Below are positions 40,722-53,900 of a stretch of DNA of 64,000 nt, in pieces. Under the pieces are notes generated by a model. It had not been told where the DNA came from and ran no database searches. It worked only from the letters and a program-made list of their open reading frames with translations. A program made the position numbers and the translations under genes. This DNA comes from Octopus vulgaris. Its lineage: Eukaryota. Position 1 is the stretch's first letter. Every line of letters starts with the position of its first letter. The DNA lies in the NCBI GenBank assembly GCA_951406725.2, contig OX597827.1:54250001-54314000 (forward strand), read 5' to 3'.

Positions 40722-41958
40722 CATGTGTGCATATATATATGTATGTATATGTGTGTGTGTGCATATATATATGTGTGTGTGTGTGTGTGCATGTGTGCAT
40801 ATATATATGTATGTATATGTGTGTGTGTGCATATATATATGTATGTATATGTGTGTGTGTGTATGTGTGCATATATATATGTATGTATATGTGTGTGTGT
40901 GTGTATATATATATACATATACTTTCATATAGATATGTAAATTATGAGTCCATATGATTGTGTACAGTTAAATATATGTCATCATTGATTTTTATGTTTT
41001 ACTTTTGTATTTTTCGCTATTTTACAATTATATATGTGGTGATAAAACAAGTACTTTCATGCTTTCTGCAGTCTTCAGGTTATATAGTGATAGAATTAAC
41101 CAACAGTTATGTTTCACAATTGAGAATGGTAGTGGAATCCTTGAATGTATGTGTGTGTGTATCCACACACATACATCTATGCATACACACACACACGAAA
41201 ATAATGGTACAAAATTGTTTTCATGCAACAAATGTCTCTACGTAATAGTATAAGAGTTTACTGTAAAAATATTAGTGTTGCAAGGCAAGTTTTTTGTACA
41301 CACACACATGCACACACACACACACACACACAAGGAGAGGGAGAGAAAATAACATATTACTGAAAAGACTTTATATAGGAAAATGTTTAGATATAAAAAA
41401 GTTTTTCTGAATATATTTTTTGTGTAAGCTGTAACCAAAAGAGGTTTTGCAAGTGAAGGAAGATCCCATTTTCCTGACCAGTTTCACCAACTTCAGCTTT
41501 ACATCATTTAAAATATGTTTTACAAAGGAATTTTAGATCATGTAATGAGAATGCATATATGAAACAAGTAAAAGAGTATATGTATGTATGTATAAAGAGT
41601 AACAAGACAGCATCTTCAAAACTAGATTGCTTGAGATGACGGCATGAGACTTGGCAAGAAATTCCACAAGAGTATATTTGTCATCTGATCAATAACATGG
41701 TTAATAGGGTCCTTGCATTGAAAAATACAAAGGGCATGTCTACTAAATATAAAATGCTCACATTATGACAATTAATTAATAATTAATTATTTCAGAGGAA
41801 ATAAATTTTGATGATTATAAGGGTTTCTACTTACTGTTGTCATTTCTGTATATGTGTATGAGTGTGTATATATTTATGTATATCATATATATATATATAC
41901 ATATATAATGTTTTACATATATATAAGTATATTCTACAGTTGGATGCCCTTCCTAACG

Positions 41959-41992
<34 letters not shown>

Positions 41993-44900
41993 TACAGGTG
42001 TGGCTGTGTGGTAAGAAGCTTGCTTCCCAACCACATAGTTCCAGGTTCAATTCCACTACATGTCACCTTGAGCAAGTGTCTTTTACTACTATAGCCTTGG
42101 TCCAACGAAAGCCTTGTGAGAGGATTTGGTAGATGGAAACTGAAACTCATTGTGTATATATATATATATATATATATATTTGTGTATAGCTATGTGGGGG
42201 GGGGGTCTCTTACCCCCCCCCCCCATCACTGCTTGACAGCCAGTGTTGGTGTGTTTATGTCTCCCTAACTCAGCAGTTCAGTAAAAGAGAGCAACAGAAT
42301 GAGTAGTAGGCTTAAAATATAAGTCCTGGAGTTGATTTTTCGGACTAAAACCCAAGGCAATGCTCCAGCATGGCCACAGTCAAATGACTGAAACAAGTAA
42401 AATAAATGATAAAAAGTATATACATGTGTGTGTGTGTGTGTGTGTGTATCATCCACATTTTTTTAACATACATTATTCATGCTGTTATGGGTCAGACAGA
42501 ACTCATTAAGGTAAACATATATCATCATCATCATCACCATTATTGTTTATATATTTCTGTGTGCAGGATAGTGTGTACACACACATTCACAAATATATAA
42601 ACAACGTACTCTAAAGTTGAATGTCTTCTGTTTTAAGGAAATGCCATTGTGTCTTATGTCTGATTGTGTCAACGACCGATAGAACTTCAATTTATTGAAA
42701 ATGTCTTACTTTACTCCTCCTCCTCTTGTGAATCCTCCAGCTAGTTTATATTCACCGATTGTGTACTAATATATAAACTGCCTCTAACTACATGTATAAT
42801 ATATCTGATAATACTAATACTTCTGAGATTTATGTGCATATAGTTTTACATTAATATAGTTATGTAACGTTTATTTCGCCTTCATATACATTTCATTTAG
42901 AATTGTTTTGTCAAACTTATAATAATTACCATAGGTATAACACTCTGTGTGTGTGTGTGTTTAACTCTACTGGAAGAATATCAATTTATGAGGTTCCGTA
43001 TTGCTACTTTTGCAGTACCTTTTCCATAGTCCCTAGTGCTGGTCCTTATTATATCCTGAAAATTCCATTCTGTTATATTAGAGATTTATTTGTTACGAAT
43101 TTAATAGTTGAAGTTGTGCCCATTATTATGATTTCATGTTCTGTAAGCTTAATTTATTTCTCCATTTCCAAATCCTCCTAAAACTACATTGAAAATGGTG
43201 TAGATGTAGTTTTTATTATACGCTGTTATAATGGCTTTATTCCACTGAGACTCTTAGAGAAAGATTCAGAATACTGTAACATTCTGCTGTAATATTAGAA
43301 ACAATTATGAATAGGAGTTTTGTATGTTGCTGAGACAGTGTTGTGGCTGTGATAGGTTCAGGCGTAGCTGTGTGGTTAAGATGTTTGTTTCCAAACTATG
43401 CAGTATTGGGTTCAGTCCCACTGTATGACACCTTGCGGAAGTGCCTTCTATTATATTCCCTGACTAAACAAAACCTTATGAGTGGATTTTATAAATGGAA
43501 ACTGAAAGAAAGCCCCTTTGTGTGTGTGTGTTTGTGTGTATAATGTATGTGCGTGTGCGTACTCATTTTCACATCACATGAGTAACAATTGTGATAAAGG
43601 CGGTGCTCCAGCATGGCCACCGTCAAATGACTGAAACAAATAAAGGAATAAAGGAGTAAATGCTATTGACAACAGAGTAACAATTGTTAGGAGGGGTTAG
43701 AAAGGTAATGGAGGAGGGTGAGACACTGTAACTCAATAAATTAAAAGAATTTTTTTTTTTTAAATGTGAAAAAATTTGGAAAATTTTTTAGAAAATCTTT
43801 AAAAATTCCTAAAGTTACAGTATCTCCTAACCTTTTCTACTAACAGCATTACCCTGTTGTCTTAGTGTATTTATACTCTAACCATGTTGCTTGAGATATG
43901 GTAGCACATTATCAATTGTAAATGTGTATCACCCTTAATTCTCTTGAGCCACCTGGAACTCCTCCACATGAACATTTTCTGAAGGTAGGAGTTCCAATAA
44001 TACTTCTAAGAAAATAAAATCCTCCTGAATTATTCAATGGGACAAGGTTGATTGTGAAGACATTACCACCTAATGTGACAGAAGCTACCATCAATGGATG
44101 TGTCTCTGGAGAAGAGGCTTTCATTCCAAAATTCCAATCAAACCAACAGACATGCCATTTGAGTTCAAATGAACACAATTTCCAGTGCAACATTGCTTTG
44201 CAATAATCTATTAATAAAGCTCAAGGTCAGTCTTTGAAATCTACTGGCTTGCTTTTCTCATGGTCACTTTTATGTTGGTTGCTCCAGGGTAGGTAGTTTG
44301 TAAGACTTATTTGTCTATGCTCCAAACCAGAAAACAAAGAGTGTTGTTTACCCAGAAGCTCTTACGTAATTTCCTTCATATGTGGTAGAATTTATCTCCT
44401 TTCATAAAAGCGGTAAATTTTGTATTTTCGTTCATCATCATCATCATCATTTTTTTTTCTTTTTTTTTTTTTTTCTGTATTATGAATTCAGAATTGATTT
44501 CCTAGTTAAAGAATAAATTGTATCCCAATTGAAGAACAAATTGAATTTAGAATGACAAATTTCTGTACAACATATTTTGCTTTTTCTTCCAATATATAAG
44601 GAAAAATTTCATTCCTGGGCAATACCGGGTGTCTCTGCTACTATACATGTATATATTACTTATTGCAGTGGCCTCATTATAAAAGACGATGGAATATATC
44701 ACATTGAGCCAGCTGGGAACAGTTTAGACCCAACACTACATTACTGGTACAAAAATATGACAGATGAAACAGCGTCACATTGTGGTAAGATCCTATATGT
44801 AATTTTTTTTATTTTCATCATCATTACTATTCATATGCACTCAACAGATTAGACTGTTGGAAAAGAAAAGAATCCTTACGTCAGGCTACAGCAAGTAGCC

Positions 44901-47900
44901 TTAGATGCCAATGAATCCTCCTATTGGCTTACAGTAAGTAACCTGAGATTCCAAGAACCCTCCTAAGTACCCTAGCTGTCCCTAATAACACTGTTTTCTA
45001 CAGCTGTACTAAACTGGGTTTTATGCCTATTTCCTCAATCCATCTGTTCAGATCCTTAGGGATAGTTCCTAATGCACCTATAACTACTGGGATATATTTT
45101 ACCCACACTTTCCATAGTTTTTGTAATTCAATAGCTAGGTCGGTCCTAGTACTTTGCTATTTTTTGTATACTCTTCATATTAATTTTTCCATCATTTGTG
45201 ACTATAAAGTCAGTTATCTGGCACTTTCTATTCTTTTTATCTGTTACTACCAAACCAGGCCTTCTACCTTCTATTACTATGTCTGAAAGTTGACACACTC
45301 TGAGGGAAAGTTCATTCAACTTGGTACAATGAAACTATGGAGAAGGCCATGTAAGATGTCTGTGTGTGTGTGTGTGCATGTGAGAGACAGAGACAATAAA
45401 TGGTGTGTGTGCATCTTTTTCTCTCCTCCACTTTACAACTAGTGTTGGTTTGTTTACAACCTTGTAATTAAGCAGTTCAGTAAAAGGACATCAATAAAAT
45501 AACAGATTTTAAAAAAATATGCACTGGGTTCAATTTGTTCAACTAAGTCTTGGAGCTGGTTGATCTCACACCTCCCAACACCACTCAGGCATCTTCAGCT
45601 AACTTGACTTTCCACCTCTCATCAACCTTGATGTATCCGACCTCCTCACTCTCACACTGACCATTATGTCCAGTCCATTTCCTGCCTGGATATCAGCTTT
45701 CTGGAATCTTCTCCCTGCTCATATCTTACCTGCAAGTATTGACTCATAACAGTTTAAGTGGGCTATTAAAGGCATCAGACTCACCAGTCTTGAAGACCCT
45801 ACAAAGGCCATGAGCAGTATCCTTCTACTTGTCTCAACAAGTAAAAAAAATACTTATAATGGTTGGATGGATTTTCTCCAGCACTGTTTCTAACCACTTT
45901 GCCAACTGTATAAAATTTAGTTTCTTATGGTCAGCCTTCACTACTTCATTCCATGTTCTCAGATCTTCCTTGATTTTTATCTCCTGTAGGTTTCACTACC
46001 TAATTGGTCTCTATATTTATTATATAAAATCCGTTCTGTCTGTCTATGTGTGTGTCTTCTAGGATCTCGGGCATCCTCCATCTGATTGCGCTCAAATTTG
46101 ATATGTAGATACCAACGGTATCAGGGCGTGTATAAGTCTTGAAAAAATTACTAAAATCAATTCCAGGTGAGAATGTGATCGATAAAGCATATTTGTGTGA
46201 ATAAAATCGTTTTTCTTTGGAATAGAAAAAAAAGTCTATCTTTATTTCTTCTTTTGCTGGTGTCTCAAATTTAGTTTAAATCAGTTTCTCAAAGGGGAGG
46301 CCTATGGGGTGGTCAGACAAGTTGTTTTGAGAAAATTTGGTTTAAATGTTTGACAACTCAGCACCGTCCATTGGACAGGGGGCGTTTTGCTCGTGCTTTA
46401 TATGTCCATACCATCTCAGACTTCTTTCTTGCATACTACATCTGATTTCTATTATGCACATTTTTTATCTCGGCTCATTTGTGCTTCATTGTTCTTGCTA
46501 ATTAACATTACACACTTAGTGAAGCATTCTCACTTTCTTTCTAGACTTCACATTCAATGGCCTTGTTTCACTATCACGTAACATTGCACTTCATACCATC
46601 ATCTATCAGACAATCCACTGTCCGTTTAGTGATGAATCCCTTTCTTTCCAGCAGAACTAATAAGCAGCTCCCTGAATGCTTCTGGTTACTTCGTTTTTGG
46701 AACACCCACCTTCATTGCTAATTAGGTCATCAGGGTTACAGAAACCATCAACTACTTCAAAGGAACCCTCTAAGCATTTGAAGAAATATATATTTTGTGA
46801 ATACACTCACTGCAAACTACTCCTGTTCATCCACTTACACCTGAAGTCCATCTCTGTCAGCTTGCTTGTTGTCCGATTGCATCACTTGTGGATGTATTGT
46901 TTACATTTGGCTACACTGTTTGACATCTCTCGCCTATTACTTTTCTGTTCATCAAATATGAACACTTCCCAAATAGGAAAATATTCTTGCCCTATTTTCT
47001 TCAAACTAAAACTTTCGTCCCTGTTTGGTCAATTTCAAGACTTTTTAATTCTAGATTTTGTATTCGTGTTTAGAATTTCTCTCTGAATTCTTGCAAGGGA
47101 TGGTATTTTTCAAGGAACGTAACTCTTGACTTTTTTGTTATTTCATTCAGGAAATTTTTCATCCAAATATAAAAACACGTTCAGTTCCAATTTTTATAGA
47201 AAGGAGTAACTGATATGTAATTTCTTCAAATTGGAACACGACAGATGCTTATTATATCATGTCACAGTAAGATTTAAATTCAGAAACTACATGGACTAAA
47301 TGACTGGCAGTGTGGTATCTTGACTGTTATCAACATTTTTCTTTGGTGTTTGAACATTATATATAAAATTCTTCAAGAATATTAATTTAAAGAAAATCAT
47401 TTATTTTCAAGTAGTAGTAGTTATATGTATGTGTTTATGTGGTTTCTATAGCACAATAACATTTATAATTTACTTTGTATAATGATTTTCTTTGTCCTCT
47501 ATCTTTCACTTGTTTCAAATCATTGAATTGCAACCAAGGTGGGGCATTAGCTTCAAGAGTTTTCATTGAACAAATTGATCCTACTACTTGTCTTTTTTTT
47601 TTCATCCTGGTGCTTATTCTATCAGCTTCTTCTGCCAAACCACTAAGTTATAGGGACATAAACAAACCAACACCAGCTGTCAAGCAGTTGCAGGACAGAC
47701 ACACATACACATATACAACAAGTTTCTTTCAGTTTCTGCCTCTCAAGTCCATTCACAAGGCTTTGGTCATCCTGGGGCTATAATAGATGTCCAAAGTGCC
47801 ACACAGTGAGATTGAACCTGGAACCATGTAGCTGGGAAACAAATTTCTCTACCACACTACCACATCTGCATGATTTTTTTACATTATCATCACCATATGA

Positions 47901-50900
47901 TTTATTTTAATACCCACTTTTCCATTCTGATAATAACTAGTTGCAACTATTATACAGAACCTGCTAAAAAAAGGGAGGTTCAATATTTTTTTTATAATTT
48001 ACCCCTTCTCTTGTCTTTTAGTATTGGCTTTTGTTATGAATTAACTTCCATTGCCAATTCATACTGATCAGTTAAAAGACTCAACACATATCATTCTCCA
48101 TATCTTTGTCATAGTCTCTATAGAAAGAGAAAATATTTGTTTTCGTTTTAGAAAGCTTAACTGCAGTTAAATGAGCACATGACAGGAATTAATAGATGTT
48201 GATGCTAAGTGTGTGTGCTGTAAGCAAACCATAAGATGCAGTGTTTGATGTCACTTAATGTGCTATTAATAATATTGTTAAAGAGTAAGGCAGAAAGCTG
48301 GCAGACTCATTAGCATGCCAGACAAAATACTACAGTTAAACAAGCACTTAACAGGAATTAATAGAACTATTAGATGCAATGTTTGATATCACATTAATGT
48401 GTTGTTAATAATATTGTTAAAAAGTAAGGCAATCAGCTGGCAGATTCATTAGCATGTCAGGCAAAATGCTTAGCAGCATTTTGTTTCTCTTCACATTCTG
48501 AGTTCAAATGCTGTCAAGGTTGACTTAGTCTTTCGTCCTTTTGGAGTCGGTAAAATAAGTACCCGTTGAACACTGGGGTTGATGTAAGGGGCTTACCCCA
48601 GTTCCTTGAACATGCTGGAATTGTACCAAAATTTGAAACAAATAATGTTAAAAAAAAAACAAGATTTCTTAACTTTTATTCATCTCTGAACCATTCAGTC
48701 AATTATTATGTGATATTTTTTTGTTGACGTGTTTTTGTTATCTATCTTTAATTGCAGGTAATGATGCCCATGATTATGACCATAAAGATATTCATGAATT
48801 ATTTTCAAGAAATCTCCTTAAACGGGTATGTTTAGTTGTTATTAAAAGTTTGCAACAATAGATATACATACCTTTTTAATCCTTTCCATTTTCAGAAGCT
48901 GAAAATCCTTTCAAATTATGAGCTCACATGTTTTTAATATTCTAAATTTATATTGTTGTTATTCTTGTATATCCCTCTAGCATTTAAACCAGCCTTATGC
49001 AGTCAGATCTGACCTCTCTCACCTACCTTACAATGTCATTCTAAAAGTAAACAATTACATCATTTGAAATTATGAAGCTACAGTGGTTAATTCAAAACAT
49101 TGGGAATAAATAAGCATAACATTTGATACAGTCACCTGAATGTTAAAGGGATATGCAGCAGTAAATGAAGATATTTCTCTTTCTCTTTTTTCAGTCATTT
49201 GACTGCAGCCATGCTGGAGCACCGCATTTAGTCGAGCAAATCAACCTCAGGACTTAATCTTTGGAAGCCTAGTACTTATTCTATCGGTCTCTTTTACCGA
49301 ATCACTAATGTTAGGGGACATAAACACACTACCATCAGTTGTCATGCGATATTGGGGGGACAAACATATACACATACATATATATATATATATATACATA
49401 TATATGACAGGCTTCTTTCAGTTTCCGTCTACCAAATCCACTCATAAGGCTTTGGTTGGCCCGAGGCTATAGTAGAAGACACTTGCCCAAGGTGCCATGT
49501 AGTGGGAATGAACCCGGAACCATGTGATTGGTAAGCAAGCTACTTACAACACAGCCACTCCTGCGCCTATATGAAAAACAATCACAAAATAATAATAGAT
49601 AACCAAACTATCTTCAATTCAGTTTGTATGCCTGTCCTCACCTGTGGTCATGAATATTGGGTAATAACCAAAAGAACAAGGTCACAAATACAAGCAGCTG
49701 AAATGGGGTTCTTCCAGAGAGTCTCTGGAATAATGTTACTTGACAGGGTCTGTAGCTCAAAGATTAGAGAACCCCTTCAGGTCAAGATGCTACTTCTCTG
49801 CATTGAGAGGTCACAGCTCTAGTACAACAGACAGGCTGTTAGAATGTAGCAGGAAAGAATTGCAAAACAGATTCTTCAAGCTGAGTCAACTAGTAGGAGA
49901 CCTAGAGGTAGACAAAAATGAAACAACATCATCACCATTGTCAACATTTAACGTCTGTTTTTTATGCTGGCATGGGTTGGACAGCTTGATAGTAACTGAC
50001 AAGGCACCAGTTTCTGTAGTCTGTTTTGGTTTGGTTTCTGTGGCTGGATACCCTTCATAATGCCAACCACTGTACAGAGAGTAATGGGTGCTTTTTACGT
50101 GGCACCATCACTAGTGCTTTTTATGTGACAGCAGCACCCACATCCATAGTTTCAGTTCAGTCACACTTTGGAATCCAGCTGGAAAGTATTATAATGGTTG
50201 CTTCTGATAGGATCCTATATAGAAGATGCTTTCGGACTTTACCCTCACAACCCACCCAAGAATAGTGGGCAGAGAAGATGGATGGAATAATAAATATATT
50301 GTTTCGGTTTTCACCTTCAACTCTGAGACAAATGATTAGAGTTTCAATTATTGAGATATCAGTCCCTTTGGTAGGATACAAGTTTATTGCAGGTTTTACC
50401 CACAAAGTTACTTTAACTCATTACTGCTTGTTGAATAAAACGACTGTCAACTATACAATGCCCTTCTATTCATGAATTATACATCAAAAAGCTATTTGTT
50501 CATAGCAAACAGATTGAGTCATTGAAAATAAACCATCTTTCATTGCAACATTTAATACAAAACAAATTACCACCATCTCCAACTGCCACTCTCTTTGGAT
50601 AATTAATATGATTATATCATATTACATTATATGTGTATATATAAACTCTTCACTTTCATTTTAAAGTTAATATTCCATATCTTGAAATTTAATGGCTAAT
50701 TTTCTTCCTTACTATTTTGTACAGGTTCGCCGAAGCATCAGAGGACCATATGGGAGCAATAAAGACACAAGATATGTGGAGCTTTATCTTGTTGCTGATA
50801 GTGACACAGTAAGTGTTGTTGACACCCTTTGATTTTATGAGTATTTTTTTTTAATTAATTAATTACCTTTTTTACAAAAAAAATAACAAAAATAGATGGA

Positions 50901-53900
50901 ATGTAGCTCTGTTATGATATCTAACTGAAACATTATTTGATAGAAGACAGATTTCATATTGGAAAAACTCTGTCAGCACAGAGATATGTTGAGTGTTTGA
51001 CTTGAAGGTTGCACAAATTTAAATCCAGCTACTTTTATATTCCATTATATCCCTCAGCTAGCCACAGTCTACCTTGCAGGAGAATAGCTATGAATCCTAC
51101 AGTATTTTTCAGTGGTAATTATTTGCTAGATAATCCAAACTTAATTATAAATGCTACAATATAATGGTTTTTTTTTTTTTTTACAAAAATTCCATAATTA
51201 AAACAAATGCTTGAATTTGCAGCCCTTCTCAGTAAATGGCTGCATTTTCTATTTTTAGAATATTGAGGTATTTCACTATATGTAAATATTGTTTTTGCTA
51301 TTGTACTTTAGATGTGGAGGTGCGTGGCTTAGTGGTTAGGGTGTCAGCACCATTATCGTAAGATTGTGGTTTCGATTCCTGGACTGGGCGACGCGTTGTG
51401 TTCTTGAGCAAAACACTTCATTTCATGTTGCTCTAGTCCACTCAGCTGGCAAAACTGAGTAACGCTGCGATGGACTGGCATCCCATCCAGCTGGGGAACA
51501 GAAGCCGGGAAACCAGGCCCATGAGCCTGACTAGGCTTTAAAAGGGTGCATTTATTTATTTTATTGTACTTTAGAATTATAATGCTATGTAACTAAAGAT
51601 AATCACCAGAATACAAGAACACTAGTGTGAGTTTGATTCAACTCATCTGTTTGTCAATTCAGTAAAAACTAAACATTAGGAATTTTAGGGAATGTTAAGA
51701 AGTAGAGTAACCTTAAATTTCAGATAGGGTTGCTCATCTTAGAGATTACTTGCTAGCTGATAAGGGTCTCTACATGGTTGCATAACCTGCTTGATGTAAC
51801 AAAAAGCCCCTCTTAAATCACCAGCATCTTTAAAGAGAAAAAGGAGGAAACATTTAATATTGTAATCTGAGATGAAATGTGTTTGTAAAAACAGAAAGAT
51901 CATGGCGTGATTTCCTTTGATCATAGGTAAAGCTCAATCAGGACCTTTCTAGGGTTAAATAACTACAACTACATATTTCTTTTCATGACATACAAACAAT
52001 TCACCTTGCTTTTTACTTTTCTGTACTATCAATAATTTTTCCTCACTTCAATGATCCTACTGATTTTTTTCTTTAGTCTATTCCAAGTTAATCATTGCAA
52101 ATCTAATACTTCATATTATGACATTCTGAGAATTACTCAAAAATCAAAGCAAAAAAGAAACCACACATCTACATACACATATACTAGCACACACACACAC
52201 ACACACACACGAGCATAGGACTAATTCTCTGATAGTTTCAAGGTAGACCTTGAAGAGAGCTGGTGTGTCATTGATGAAGTCTTGAATAGCGATGAAAGGA
52301 CTTTAGCAAACAAACAACCAATTGATTGTTTAACTAATACATTAAACAAATAATTGGTTAGTTTGTTGGTTAATTGATTGAAGGCGGCAAGCTGGCAGAA
52401 GCGTTAGCATGCCAGGCGAAATGCTTAGCAGTATTTCATCTGTCTTTATGTTCTGAGTTCAAATTCTGCCAAGGTCGACTTTGTCTATCATCCTCTCGGA
52501 GTCGATAAATTAAGTACCAGTTGTGTGCTGAGGTTTATCTAACTGACTGGCCCCTTCCTGCCAAATTTCGTGCCTTGTGCCTAGAGTAGAAATGAATAGT
52601 TAACTGATTGACTAACAATAAAAAAATGATATTGAACCAGTGTGTGTTTATTATTATTGACAAAATGACCCTTCCAAACCACAACATTTGAAAGAACATA
52701 TCGGGAAACAGTTCACATGTATAATTCATTTTCAGAAAGACAAGAAATTATTTATTATGAACTACTGTTGAAATTATTTCATTTTTTAGTTCTTCACTTG
52801 ACGTATATAATATCTTTTAAAATATTTTCATTTTCAGCACAATCAACACAAAGACAAAATGGAAAGAAGATTAATCAATATTGCAAACACAGTGAACATG
52901 GTAAGTATTCTTCCATTGTTTGATGTTGATATTATTATATATATTTTGGTATATTTCTCACATTCAAACAACAGCAACCACTACAAATTGTTTTGTTTGT
53001 AACTGAAAGAATTTAAGATGATTCATCTTTACAAATTTGCCTGGGACTGCGAATAGAGCTAGACATTTGAAATACATACATACACACACATACACATGCA
53101 CATACAAAATCTGTCTAACAGATGAAAAACAAAAGGTTTCCACAAATTTGTGGGTATTAGAAATGTTTCAGAGCAAATAGAATGTGTTTGCATTGTGTGT
53201 GTGAGAGAGACAGAGATATATTCTAACAGAAAGGACAAAGACAATGAGAGATTGTCCACATTGTCAAAGCACTCAACTCATTAAATGGGATATTATTTAC
53301 TCTTTACAAATCAAGTGACAGCAGTAGAGATTAACTTAAGCTTTATACATTTAGTGCCTTTGTACTTGTAATATTCCTGTAACCTAGGACCCAGTTATTA
53401 CCACAAAGATTTCAACTGATTTCTTCTGAAAGTGCCATCTGATTCTATAATCTACAGAAGAAAGCAGTCAACTCTCTATCATATCATAATCTCCAAAAGA
53501 ATGTGTTAAACAGTGGCATATGGTGGTTGTTGTATTAAGTGTGCTGCCACACCCAATGAATTTTCCACTTTTGATGGGTGTGCAGCACACACCTAGCACA
53601 CCTGGAATATACGCCCCTGGTGTTAAACAAGATGTACTCATCATCATCATCATTCAGCATCTGTTTTCCATACTGGCATGAGTTAGACAGTTTGAGTGGA
53701 ACTGGTAATCTGGAGGACTGCACCAGGCTCCAATCTGTTTTGGCTTGGTTTCTGTGACTGGATGCTCTTCCTAATGCCAACCACTCCACAGAGTGTCACC
53801 AGCACAGGTAGATTTCACATGTCACTGGCACAGGTGCCTTTCATATGTCACAAGCACAGGTGCCTTTTACATGTCACTGGCACAGGTGCCTTTTTATGTG

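Noticed and set aside
40591-40957. Cluster of Cys/Val/Tyr/His-rich ORFs on both strands
   Set aside because: Translations of a TG/TA microsatellite.
44577-44852. 91-aa ORF as a stand-alone gene (likewise 62226-62423)
   Set aside because: Only the internal part is coding; each is one ADAM exon plus read-through into intron.
51313-51390. Functional tRNA genes at SINE heads (also 24800, 24896, 61350-61418)
   Set aside because: No complete cloverleaf; each continues into a SINE body and tail.
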